In this document: positions 1 to 7,830 of the stretch, in pieces
How the letters are laid out: the number at the start of each line of letters is the position of its first letter
Numbering within the stretch: the stretch's first letter is position 1
Assembly (NCBI RefSeq): GCF_000025665.1
Contig: NC_013926.1
Span: 120,001 to 152,000 of the forward strand
Length of the DNA: 32,000 nt
Direction: 5' to 3'
Source: Aciduliprofundum boonei T469
GTDB lineage: Archaea > Thermoplasmatota > Thermoplasmata > Thermoplasmatales > Aciduliprofundaceae
The notes under the pieces: generated by a model
What the model was told of the DNA's origin: nothing
What the model saw: the letters and a program-made list of their open reading frames with translations, nothing else
Database searches by the model: none
Translations under genes and position numbers: made by a program

Positions 1-618
1 TTTCTTCATTCTCTTCTCAACTTCCTCTTGACTCAATTCAACGAATCCCTCATCCTTTGTTATAGTGGCAACTGAAATACCATCACCACTTGCAGCATCA
101 CGCCTCATAGCTGCATTTATACCCCTTATAACCAAATTTATACCCTCATCAAGGCTCAAATCATCCTTCCATCTATCTTCAAGAACACCATAAACAAAGA
201 GAGAGCCAGAGCCAACACTTGCATATTTGTCCTCAATAGCCCCTCCCGCAGCATCTATGGCAAATACATGGTAGCCCTTACTATCAAATCCACCCACTAA
301 GAGGCCTACATAGTACGGGAAAAATTTTCTCTCATTGAGAATATTGGATAGCAGAGTGGCGGCTGCACCCACGGGCATGTACATTTTTCTCCTTATCCTG
401 TAAAGATTAATTTCTGCACGCATATAGCGCACAAGAACTTGCAGATCTCCAACGAGTCCAGCAGTGGTCATTCCAATATTATAATCCAACTTGTAGAGCT
501 TTTGAGCTGTCTTATGGGCTATGAAAGTTTCCATACTTGCCCTATGCTCAGTACCCATCACAACACCATCTTTCGTCACAATTCCCACAGTGGTAGTTCC
601 AGTTTTAGCGTTCTCCAT
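1..618 (-). CDS. psmB: 20S proteasome beta subunit; C-terminal end cut by the window edge
   Basis: My reverse-complement translation from the ATG at 618-616 gives [28 protein letters not shown]...VGSGSLF...[15 protein letters not shown] short propeptide is followed by the TTTVG Thr1 nucleophile motif. The frame stays open to nt 1. It is absent from the ORF track only because it runs off the edge. Confidence 0.9.
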
Positions 619-681
619 CTCTAACACCTTCAAAATTTTACGGGGTATAATCGGATGGATATATATAAAGCTTTTCCGAAT

Positions 682-1509
682 TCATTTTTTGAATATTGTG
701 AGAAAGTATATGCTAGTGGCAATCAACCCAGCATAGGCACTTGGAGAAACCGGAGATATAACTGCAAGAGCCAATCCCCCGAGTCCAGAAAAGAGGGATA
801 TAAGGAAGGCAAAGAGCATAGTGATGGATACCGTGGAGGAAATCCTTTTAGAGGCTGCTGCAGGAATTATAAGCAAAGCATAAACCAGTATAGCACCAAC
901 TCCCTTCAACAATACAACCACACCTATAGCCACAATCACATACAGCAAACTCTCATAAAGGGCAGGTTTTAATCCTACTGCCATGGCACCCTCGGGATCA
1001 AAAATTGAGAACAGTATTCTCCTATGATAAATTATGAAAATCAAAACAATGGCAATTACGGATAGAGTCATTATCTCGATATCCGTTTGTGATAAGAGAA
1101 GCAGGTCTCCGATAATAAGCCCCCAGGCAACCGATGCATACTCTCTAATCAAAGATAGAAACAGGATTGCAAGGCTCATAGAGAGGGCAAACATCACCCC
1201 CACAGAAACATCCACATTTTCCTTCTTATGAGATGCATATCCTATAGCAAGGGCAAACAATATAGAAAATATGAGGGCTACGAGAAGATAATTCACAGAG
1301 AAAAGGTAGAGAGCAAGAAATATACCCAAGGCAGCACCTGCCAAAGCCCCATGAGCTATTCCACTAACCAAGAAAGTGCTACCCCTGAAAACAGAATAAC
1401 TTCCAATAAGGGATGATACAATTGCTATCAAAAAAATGGCGATTATTGCTCGGAGAAGCCATACATCAATGGTGAACATGAACATCACCGCCCAGAACAT
1501 AACACACAT
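682..1509 (-). CDS. ABC-3 family (ZnuB/MntB-like) divalent-metal ABC importer permease
   Basis: 275 aa, hydrophobic throughout with about 8 helices. It lies directly downstream of an ABC ATPase and a DtxR-like repressor on the same strand. The start is uncertain: it overlaps the ATPase by 44 nt, and Met codons at aa 4, 9 and 11 are alternatives. Confidence 0.8.
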   Translation of the reverse strand: MCVMFWAVMFMFTIDVWLLRAIIAIFLIAIVSSLIGSYSVFRGSTFLVSGIAHGALAGAALGIFLALYLFSVNYLLVALIFSILFALAIGYASHKKENVDVSVGVMFALSMSLAILFLSLIREYASVAWGLIIGDLLLLSQTDIEIMTLSVIAIVLIFIIYHRRILFSIFDPEGAMAVGLKPALYESLLYVIVAIGVVVLLKGVGAILVYALLIIPAAASKRISSTVSITMLFAFLISLFSGLGGLALAVISPVSPSAYAGLIATSIYFLTIFKK

Positions 1510-2218
1510 TTTCCCTTCTTACTATTGGTACCTTCACTCCGTAGAGCTTCTCCATATTCTCCTCGTTGAGAACATCCATGACATCTCCAAAGGCAATTAC
1601 TCTCTTTCTCAAAAGCAAAAGCTTATCTGTGCATTCTACAAGGGGATTTACATCGTGGGTGACTATTATTATCGTCTTCTCTCTCTTTAATTTGTGCAAG
1701 ATTCCTGCCATTTTCATCTTTGTAGCCACATCTGTAGCAGAAAACGGCTCATCGAGAATGAGTATCTTACTGCTCTGAGCAAGAACTCTCGCGAGGAATA
1801 CCCTCTGCTGCTCACCCCCGCTCAAACTCGAGAAATTTTTATCCCAGTAGTGAAGCATACCTACTCTTTCTAAAGCTCTCTTTGCGTTTTTAACATCCTC
1901 CAACCGTATCCCAAAATAATACCTAGATAATAGAGGCATCAGGACAACATCCTTGACCTTGAGAGGAATATTTGTGTTTACTCTATCTCTCTGAGGCATA
2001 TACCCAATAATGTTTCTAGATTCCTCTGGCTCCTTTCCGAAGATTTTTATCTTACCCTCATACTCTACCAAACCAAGAATGGATTTTAAGAGAGTGGTCT
2101 TACCAGCACCATTTGGACCCATAATCACAAGCAAAGAGGGATGCTCTAATTTCAAATTAATATTTTCAAGGGCAATCTGGGAATCGTATTTAACACTCAA
2201 ATTTTGAATTTCAATCAT
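1466..2218 (-). CDS. Metal ABC transporter ATP-binding protein (ZnuC/MntA-like)
   Basis: Walker A GPNGAGKTT, ABC signature LSGGEQQRV, Walker B ILILDEP and H-loop VTHD. There is a 4-nt ATGA overlap with the upstream repressor gene. Confidence 0.9.
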   Translation of the reverse strand: MIEIQNLSVKYDSQIALENINLKLEHPSLLVIMGPNGAGKTTLLKSILGLVEYEGKIKIFGKEPEESRNIIGYMPQRDRVNTNIPLKVKDVVLMPLLSRYYFGIRLEDVKNAKRALERVGMLHYWDKNFSSLSGGEQQRVFLARVLAQSSKILILDEPFSATDVATKMKMAGILHKLKREKTIIIVTHDVNPLVECTDKLLLLRKRVIAFGDVMDVLNEENMEKLYGVKVPIVRRENVCYVLGGDVHVHH

Positions 2219-2622
2219 TTATCTACTCCCTCCGGAATTGGTCTCCCATGAGGGCATTCTTTGGGATTACCAAGGCGATTGCAGATGAGTTCTACAACAT
2301 CATCTTCAATATTAACTTGAATACGAGATGCTATTGTACAAGCCCTATCTGCCTCAATACCCATTCTATAGAGCATAGTTTCGATTATCCTGTGATTTCT
2401 CACCACCCTTCGAGCCAAAGCCATACCTTCTTCTGTAAGAGTATATTTTCCCATATCCTTTTTTAGATATCCCATACCTGCCAGTTTATTCAGAACTTCA
2501 TATGCTGTAGGCCTCTTAACATTCATAATCTCAGCCATTTTCTTTGGGCCTATACCTACAATACCATTCATCTGGGCCTCGTATATGGCCATAATGTACT
2601 TTCCTTCAACCTCGGTTATCAC
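2215..2622 (-). CDS. DtxR/MntR/SirR-family metal-dependent transcriptional repressor
   Basis: 135 aa. It has an N-terminal wHTH (GKYIMAIYEAQ...KKMAEIMNVKRPTAYEVLNKLAGMGYL), a dimerisation/metal region (RNHRIIETMLY) and a C-terminal ECPHGRPIP typical of the family. GTG start at 2622; the ATG at 2592 would delete the conserved N-terminal helix. Confidence 0.85.
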   Translation of the reverse strand: MITEVEGKYIMAIYEAQMNGIVGIGPKKMAEIMNVKRPTAYEVLNKLAGMGYLKKDMGKYTLTEEGMALARRVVRNHRIIETMLYRMGIEADRACTIASRIQVNIEDDVVELICNRLGNPKECPHGRPIPEGVDK

Positions 2623-2623
2623 G

Positions 2624-2640
2624 GTTAGGTAATACCTAAC
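2624..2640. promoter_or_regulatory. Perfect 8-1-8 palindrome GTTAGGTA-A-TACCTAAC; candidate metal-repressor operator
   Basis: Read directly from the sequence. The half-sites TTAGGT/ACCTAA match the DtxR/IdeR iron-box half-sites. It sits between a TATA-like box (minus-strand TTTAAATAAA, + coordinates about 2643-2652) and the repressor GTG at 2622. Confidence 0.6.
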
Positions 2641-2699
2641 GATTTATTTAAATTTTAAGCGTGTGAAATTTTATATTTGAGCACGGGATATCCTTAAAG

Positions 2700-4154
2700 A
2701 TGAGGTATGCTAAATTACTCGTTCTAATTTACGCTTTTATTTTCGTCACTTCAATAATTTACGCAGTGAACTTTAATCCAAGTGAGGGGGGAGAGGTAAA
2801 AAATTTAAGCACTTCAAGCAACGAACTCTTTGTTGTACCCATTGAAAATTACGGCTATGCACCAATGTTAAAGCATTTGATCGATAATGCCACAGAGAGT
2901 GTATATGTATCTATGGAGATTCTCAGCGATTATGAGCCAGTAAAAACATTGCTTGATTCTCTAATTGCAGCCCATAACAGGGGTGTGGATGTGAAGGTTA
3001 TATGTGAAGGGGATATATCTTCAAATAAGTACGGAGTGCAATATCTAGAAAATGGAGGAGTGGAGGTTAAGGTTGATAACACCCAAAAATTCATACATAC
3101 AAAGATGGTTGTGATTGATGGAAAAGTGGTATATGTGGGCTCACACAACTGGAGCCCATATGCATTAGGAAAGAATAACGAGTATGGGATATTAATTTTC
3201 AACTCTCAAATTGCAGATTTCTATCAAAATTATTTTGATTCCCTATGGAAAGATTCTTCAAAAATCCCTCAACTGAGCTGCATCTCGCAATCCGATGGAG
3301 AATTGAGTGTAAAAACCACTTACGATGGCTATACTTACAATGCCCTTAAAGATCTCATAAACTCGGCCAAGCATCGGCTCTACATAAGTGTTTACACTAT
3401 GGCATATTATTCAAATCCGGAGGGAAATGAAACTCTGGTCAATAATTTGGTTAATGAAATAATTGAGAAGAGAGATATTGCAAAGGTTGTGCTAGACGAT
3501 CACGATAGTGATAATGCGTACAATTATCTCCAGGATAACTATGTGAGCGTAGAGTACGATTCCTCATCCGTCACTACTCACTTAAAATTGGTCATTGCAG
3601 ATGATACCGTCTATGTTGGAGATGCAAACTGGGATTATGGGTACTTGGATAACGAAACTCACACTGTTGGAGTAATTATAGAGAATAAAACTGTGGCAGA
3701 TTTCTTTGCAAACTATTTTCTGCAAATTTGGAAATACAAAGATAATCCATATTACATTCCTGACGGTTTTGTGGATAAGTGGAGCTTTACCGCCAGCCCT
3801 GGGGAGGAACTTGATATAAATCTATTCTTAGCAAATGGCGGGTATAAAAACGATTCTTCCTTCTATCTTATCCCTGGAGGTAATTTAAATGCATCTCTCA
3901 ATGAGAATTTAGAATGGTACAGAGAAAATGTTTACGATTGGAGAAATGAAACTATGAAAGTAGAGATACCCGACAATGCCAGTGGATATTACACCGTGCA
4001 CATAACACTCTATGGGCAAGATAAGTACATCAACTATACAATATACTTTACAATATATGTAGAAAACTCAGTCCCAGAGTTCGAGAGCTTTACACCGCTA
4101 ATCATAGCCTTTACGATAATATTTGCAATTTTAATAAAGAAAAAAGATGATTAA
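2700..4154 (+). CDS. Secreted, C-terminally anchored phospholipase-D-superfamily (double HKD) phosphodiesterase with a PEF-CTERM-like sorting signal
   Basis: N-terminal signal/anchor (LLVLIYAFIFVTSIIYA). Two HKD motifs (FIHTKMVVIDGKVVYVGSHNWS and TTHLKLVIADDTVYVGDANWD). A beta-rich C-terminal domain. The terminal sequence is VPEFESFTPLIIAFTIIFAILIKKKDD. Confidence 0.8.
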   Translation: MRYAKLLVLIYAFIFVTSIIYAVNFNPSEGGEVKNLSTSSNELFVVPIENYGYAPMLKHLIDNATESVYVSMEILSDYEPVKTLLDSLIAAHNRGVDVKVICEGDISSNKYGVQYLENGGVEVKVDNTQKFIHTKMVVIDGKVVYVGSHNWSPYALGKNNEYGILIFNSQIADFYQNYFDSLWKDSSKIPQLSCISQSDGELSVKTTYDGYTYNALKDLINSAKHRLYISVYTMAYYSNPEGNETLVNNLVNEIIEKRDIAKVVLDDHDSDNAYNYLQDNYVSVEYDSSSVTTHLKLVIADDTVYVGDANWDYGYLDNETHTVGVIIENKTVADFFANYFLQIWKYKDNPYYIPDGFVDKWSFTASPGEELDINLFLANGGYKNDSSFYLIPGGNLNASLNENLEWYRENVYDWRNETMKVEIPDNASGYYTVHITLYGQDKYINYTIYFTIYVENSVPEFESFTPLIIAFTIIFAILIKKKDD

Positions 4155-4642
4155 TTTTCTCTATTTTTCCTTATGTACTCTATTATACCCCCCGCTTTTA
4201 TTATATCCATCACATAGCCCTCAAATGGTGGAAAATGCACTTCAAATCCCTTGGTCTTATTGATTATTATCCCATTCTCGATGTCCACTTCGACCTTATC
4301 TCCCGCTTCAAATTTCTCGATTTCCTCCCTCTTGAGGGTTATTGCTGGCAATCCAAGATTTATGCAGTTTCTGTAATATATCCTAGCAAAGCTCTCAGCG
4401 ATTATTGCCTTTATTCCCGCAGCCTTGAGACATTTCACCGCCTGCTCCCTTGAAGAGCCATAGCCCCAGTTTTTACCAGCGACTATGACATCTCCCGGCT
4501 TAACATTTTTTGCAAATTCAGGATCTAAATCCTCCAGCGCGTGGGATGCCATCTCTTCATCGCTCATTATTTTATATGTGTACTTACCTGGAAATATCAC
4601 ATCCGTGTTTACATCATCCCCATACTTCCATACACGTCCCAT
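4151..4642 (-). CDS. leuD: 3-isopropylmalate (or homoaconitate/methylmalate) dehydratase small subunit; aconitase swivel domain
   Basis: 163 aa with DVNTDVIFPGKY, GKNWGYGSSREQA and ESFARIYYRNCINLGLP. The start codon abuts the stop of the large subunit gene. Substrate specificity (Leu versus homoaconitase type) cannot be decided by eye. Confidence 0.85.
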   Translation of the reverse strand: MGRVWKYGDDVNTDVIFPGKYTYKIMSDEEMASHALEDLDPEFAKNVKPGDVIVAGKNWGYGSSREQAVKCLKAAGIKAIIAESFARIYYRNCINLGLPAITLKREEIEKFEAGDKVEVDIENGIIINKTKGFEVHFPPFEGYVMDIIKAGGIIEYIRKNREN

Positions 4643-5899
4643 TTAAAGCACCTCCCTCGGATCTGCAATATATCCCTTAAGTGCAGTAGCAGCGGCCGTG
4701 GCTGGCGATCCCAAATAGATCTCCGCATTGGGATTGCCCATTCTTCCCTTGAAATTGCGATTTGCAGTGCTAAGGCATTTCTCCCCATCGGCTAGCACGC
4801 CTGCATGGGCCCCTAAACAAGGACCACATCCAGGATTCATAATAACTGCACCTGCCTCAGCAAGTGTACGCAATATACCCTTCTCATCCGCCTCACGCCA
4901 CACATCCCAAGATGCTGGGAACACGAGCATGCGAACATTCTTATTTACTTTCTTTCCCTTTAAAATCCTAGCTGCTATTTCCAAGTCCTCTACACGACCG
5001 TTTGTACATGTGCCCAAAAACACCTGATTTACTTCAATACCCTCCGCCTTATCAATATCGTAAACATTATCAACCGTGTGTGGAAATGCAATTTTTGGCA
5101 CCAAATCGGAGGCATCATATTCGTATCTTCTCTCATACTCTGCATCCTCGTCCGGGTGCATTATCTCGTAAGGAGCTCGGGCACGGGTCTTCAAATAAGC
5201 CTCTGTCTTCTCGTCCGCTTCGATAATTCCATTCTTGGCTCCCATCTCAGCACTCATATTTGTAAGAACCATTCTAGATGCTATGGTCATATCTTTTATC
5301 GTCTCCCCTTTGAATTCAACTGCTTTGTAAACAGCCCCACTCGCAGTAACATCTCCTACAATATGCAATGCTAAATCCTTAGCAAAAACCCCCTTGGGCA
5401 GCTTTCCATTCACGATTATCTCATAGCTCTCCGGCACTCTTAACCATATCTTTCCAGTGGCCCATATGGCAGCGACTTCACTTCTTCCTATACCAGCGGC
5501 AAAGGCTCCAAATGCGCCTGGTGTGGTAGTATGTGAATCCGCGCCAACTATGACCGCACCTGGTAAATCGTAGCCCTTCTCTGCCATAACCTGATGGCAT
5601 ATACCTGTGTTTATATCCCAAAAATTCTCTATACCTTGCTCCTTTACGAATTCTCTGATGCTCTTGTGGTTATTCGCATAATCCGCAGTGGGTGCAGGCA
5701 CTGTGTGATCAAGAATTATCACTATCTTTTTTGGATTCCAAACTTTCTTAACCCCTGTTTTCTTGAATTTGAGCAATATGGCAGCGGAATTGTCATGACT
5801 CATAACCCAGGTGGGCTCTACAGTCACTATCTCTCCAGGCTGCACTTCCTTCTTTCCAGCTTTCTTGGCTAAAATCTTTTCAGTAAGAGTCATACCCAT
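4643..5899 (-). CDS. leuC: 3-isopropylmalate (or homoaconitate/methylmalate) dehydratase large subunit
   Basis: 418 aa with GADSHTTTPGAFGAFA, LGTCTNGR and CGPCLGAH...STANRNFKGRMG (Fe-S cluster Cys ligands of the aconitase family). Confidence 0.9.
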   Translation of the reverse strand: MGMTLTEKILAKKAGKKEVQPGEIVTVEPTWVMSHDNSAAILLKFKKTGVKKVWNPKKIVIILDHTVPAPTADYANNHKSIREFVKEQGIENFWDINTGICHQVMAEKGYDLPGAVIVGADSHTTTPGAFGAFAAGIGRSEVAAIWATGKIWLRVPESYEIIVNGKLPKGVFAKDLALHIVGDVTASGAVYKAVEFKGETIKDMTIASRMVLTNMSAEMGAKNGIIEADEKTEAYLKTRARAPYEIMHPDEDAEYERRYEYDASDLVPKIAFPHTVDNVYDIDKAEGIEVNQVFLGTCTNGRVEDLEIAARILKGKKVNKNVRMLVFPASWDVWREADEKGILRTLAEAGAVIMNPGCGPCLGAHAGVLADGEKCLSTANRNFKGRMGNPNAEIYLGSPATAAATALKGYIADPREVL

Positions 5900-5957
5900 A
5901 ATATCACCAGATGATAATCTCCCATATTTATTTAATACTTATTGGGCAAGTTTAAAA

Positions 5958-6443
5958 ATGATGATGCAATGCAGTGCCGTGGAAAGATTAGTACTGGATT
6001 CGTCAGCCTTGATTGAGGGTTTCGTTCCTCCAGCAAACTATGAAATTTATATTCCCCCCGGAGTGGCAGAGGAAGTTAGAGATAAATCCCTTGATTTTAC
6101 TCTTTTAAAAATTGTCTCGCCATCAAGGTACAACACCAAACTTGCAGTCAAGGCAGCAAAGGAAACAGGGGATTTCCCCTCGCTTTCAAATGTTGATATT
6201 GAAGTAATTGCTCTCGCTATACAGCTAAACGCAAAGATAGTTACGGATGACTATGCAATTCAGAATGTAGCCTCTCATTTAGGACTGGATTTTGAAGGTG
6301 TACACCAGGAAAAGATAAAAGAAAAGAGAAAATGGAAATGGAGATGTACCTCCTGTGGAAGATATTTCAATCATTACTATGAGCAATGTCCAGTTTGTGG
6401 CGGAGAACTAAAGAGAGTTAAAAGTTCTGGGAAGAAACTATAA
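5958..6443 (+). CDS. nob1: Nob1-like PIN-domain endonuclease with C-terminal zinc ribbon (pre-16S rRNA 3' end processing)
   Basis: PIN motifs LVLDSSALIEG and IVTDDYAIQNVA, then CTSCGRYF...CPVCGG. I trimmed the track ORF (5811) to the in-frame ATG triplet at 5958-5966, because the upstream 49 codons overlap leuC and its promoter region. Confidence 0.8.
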   Translation: MMMQCSAVERLVLDSSALIEGFVPPANYEIYIPPGVAEEVRDKSLDFTLLKIVSPSRYNTKLAVKAAKETGDFPSLSNVDIEVIALAIQLNAKIVTDDYAIQNVASHLGLDFEGVHQEKIKEKRKWKWRCTSCGRYFNHYYEQCPVCGGELKRVKSSGKKL

Positions 6444-6579
6444 AGGAAAAAATTATCTCTCAAGGAGCTAAGTAGCACAATTTACTATTGCTAATATGAA
6501 ATATTCACACTAAAGGATCCTCAGATTCAATCCACGACATTTAAATTTATGAAGATAAAAACAGGCTTTTTATTTATTT

Positions 6580-7731
6580 TTAAACTTTTTGTGTATTTTT
6601 ATCTATTTTCCTAATCATCTCCCTTACAGCTTCTCTAAGAGCAAGTACCTCAGATCTCTCCACTTTTTCAAAATTCTTGTTCTCAATATCATTTTTCAAT
6701 TCTTCTAACCTGTTCCAAACTAACATATATCCCTCATCTAGCTTTCTCGAATCTATAAACGCATTTTTGAACTCTCTTTTCAACTCATCTATTTTTATCT
6801 CTTCGTACTTTTCTATGAACTCTTTGGTGGACTCTATCTTCGCTAACTCTATAATGTAACCAGGAACCTCTTTGCCCAGTTTGATAAGCCCCTCAACAAC
6901 AGCTTTGGCCATAATCTCAAGAGTTCTGAGAACTATCTTGCTCAATTCTCCCAGTTCCTTTATCTCTATCAATTCTTCCATCTTTCCAACGATTTTCTTA
7001 GCTCTGTCAATCCAAAGATCAACATCTTCTCCTTTTATTTCTTTTATCTCTCTGCGCTTTATCTTATCTCTTAGTTCTACTATCTCTTTAACCCACTCCG
7101 CATATTGCGATTCTAATATTCCCGGAGCCACTAAATTTTTCATCATCTCTCCATATAATTTCTTTGGCTGTGGAGCATCTTCTCCCAGAGCCATAAACAA
7201 CGCTTGTGCAGAATCAATTATTGCATAGTAGCAATCTTCTGCAATTTGCATGATTTTCACAACTTCTGCTCTCTCTATCTTTTCCATTGCCCTCTTCATT
7301 TGCATATCCACGGCTTCTTTAGTGTGTGGAATCTTTCCCTTTAACCATAGTTGTTGAAGTGGCTCAAAAACTCCCACATCATACAATGCCACACCTTCCT
7401 TGATTATATTGTAAATTACTGGATTGCCCATTCTAGCATTGTCCCAGAATTCTGTTAGGGTGTATGTGGGATGTATCTCAAGCAAATGCCCATCTATTTC
7501 ATCTTTAATTCTCTCCAGCTCGTTGTCCATACTCTCTAAAAACCCGGTGGGTAATTGCTTTGGATCATCCACTATGACCACCACATCTATATCGCTTTTA
7601 GAGCTCACAACACCCCTGCTTAAAGAGCCAAACAAAACTATTGATTTTATCATCTCTCCATACTTTTCAACAACTAAATCTGCCCATTTTTTTGCTATCT
7701 TGAGCCTTTCTTCATAATCCATAGCCAACAT
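6580..7731 (-). CDS. Pol-beta-superfamily nucleotidyltransferase domain protein with a long helical C-terminal extension
   Basis: NTase signature FGSLSRGVVSSKSDIDVVVIVDD (GS-x10-DxD). The remaining roughly 250 aa are Lys/Glu-rich and helical. I found no Rx4-6H HEPN motif. Confidence 0.7.
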   Translation of the reverse strand: MLAMDYEERLKIAKKWADLVVEKYGEMIKSIVLFGSLSRGVVSSKSDIDVVVIVDDPKQLPTGFLESMDNELERIKDEIDGHLLEIHPTYTLTEFWDNARMGNPVIYNIIKEGVALYDVGVFEPLQQLWLKGKIPHTKEAVDMQMKRAMEKIERAEVVKIMQIAEDCYYAIIDSAQALFMALGEDAPQPKKLYGEMMKNLVAPGILESQYAEWVKEIVELRDKIKRREIKEIKGEDVDLWIDRAKKIVGKMEELIEIKELGELSKIVLRTLEIMAKAVVEGLIKLGKEVPGYIIELAKIESTKEFIEKYEEIKIDELKREFKNAFIDSRKLDEGYMLVWNRLEELKNDIENKNFEKVERSEVLALREAVREMIRKIDKNTQKV

Positions 7732-7830
7732 CTCCTCTAATAGATATGTATGACATAATGGATTAAAATTTTTGTTAATAAATAGATAATAAAAGGGTAT
7801 TTATACTATAAAATTGTATCTTTTAAATAG

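Noticed and set aside
5811-5957. N-terminal 49-codon extension of the Nob1 ORF in the track
   Set aside because: It overlaps the 5' end of leuC on the opposite strand and its upstream region. The encoded peptide is non-homologous filler. The PIN domain begins right after the ATG cluster at 5958.
6515-6540. GGATCCTCAGATTCAATCCACGAC resembling a tRNA T-arm/3' fragment (a possible att remnant)
   Set aside because: It lacks the GTTCGAATC spacing, cannot form a T stem, and does not match the 3' end of the tRNA-Leu at 12701-12785.
6580-7731. Interpreting the NTase protein as a fused MNT-HEPN toxin-antitoxin
   Set aside because: The helical C-terminal region contains no Rx4-6H motif. At 383 aa with a long Lys/Glu-rich tail, the protein does not fit minimal MNT/HEPN modules.
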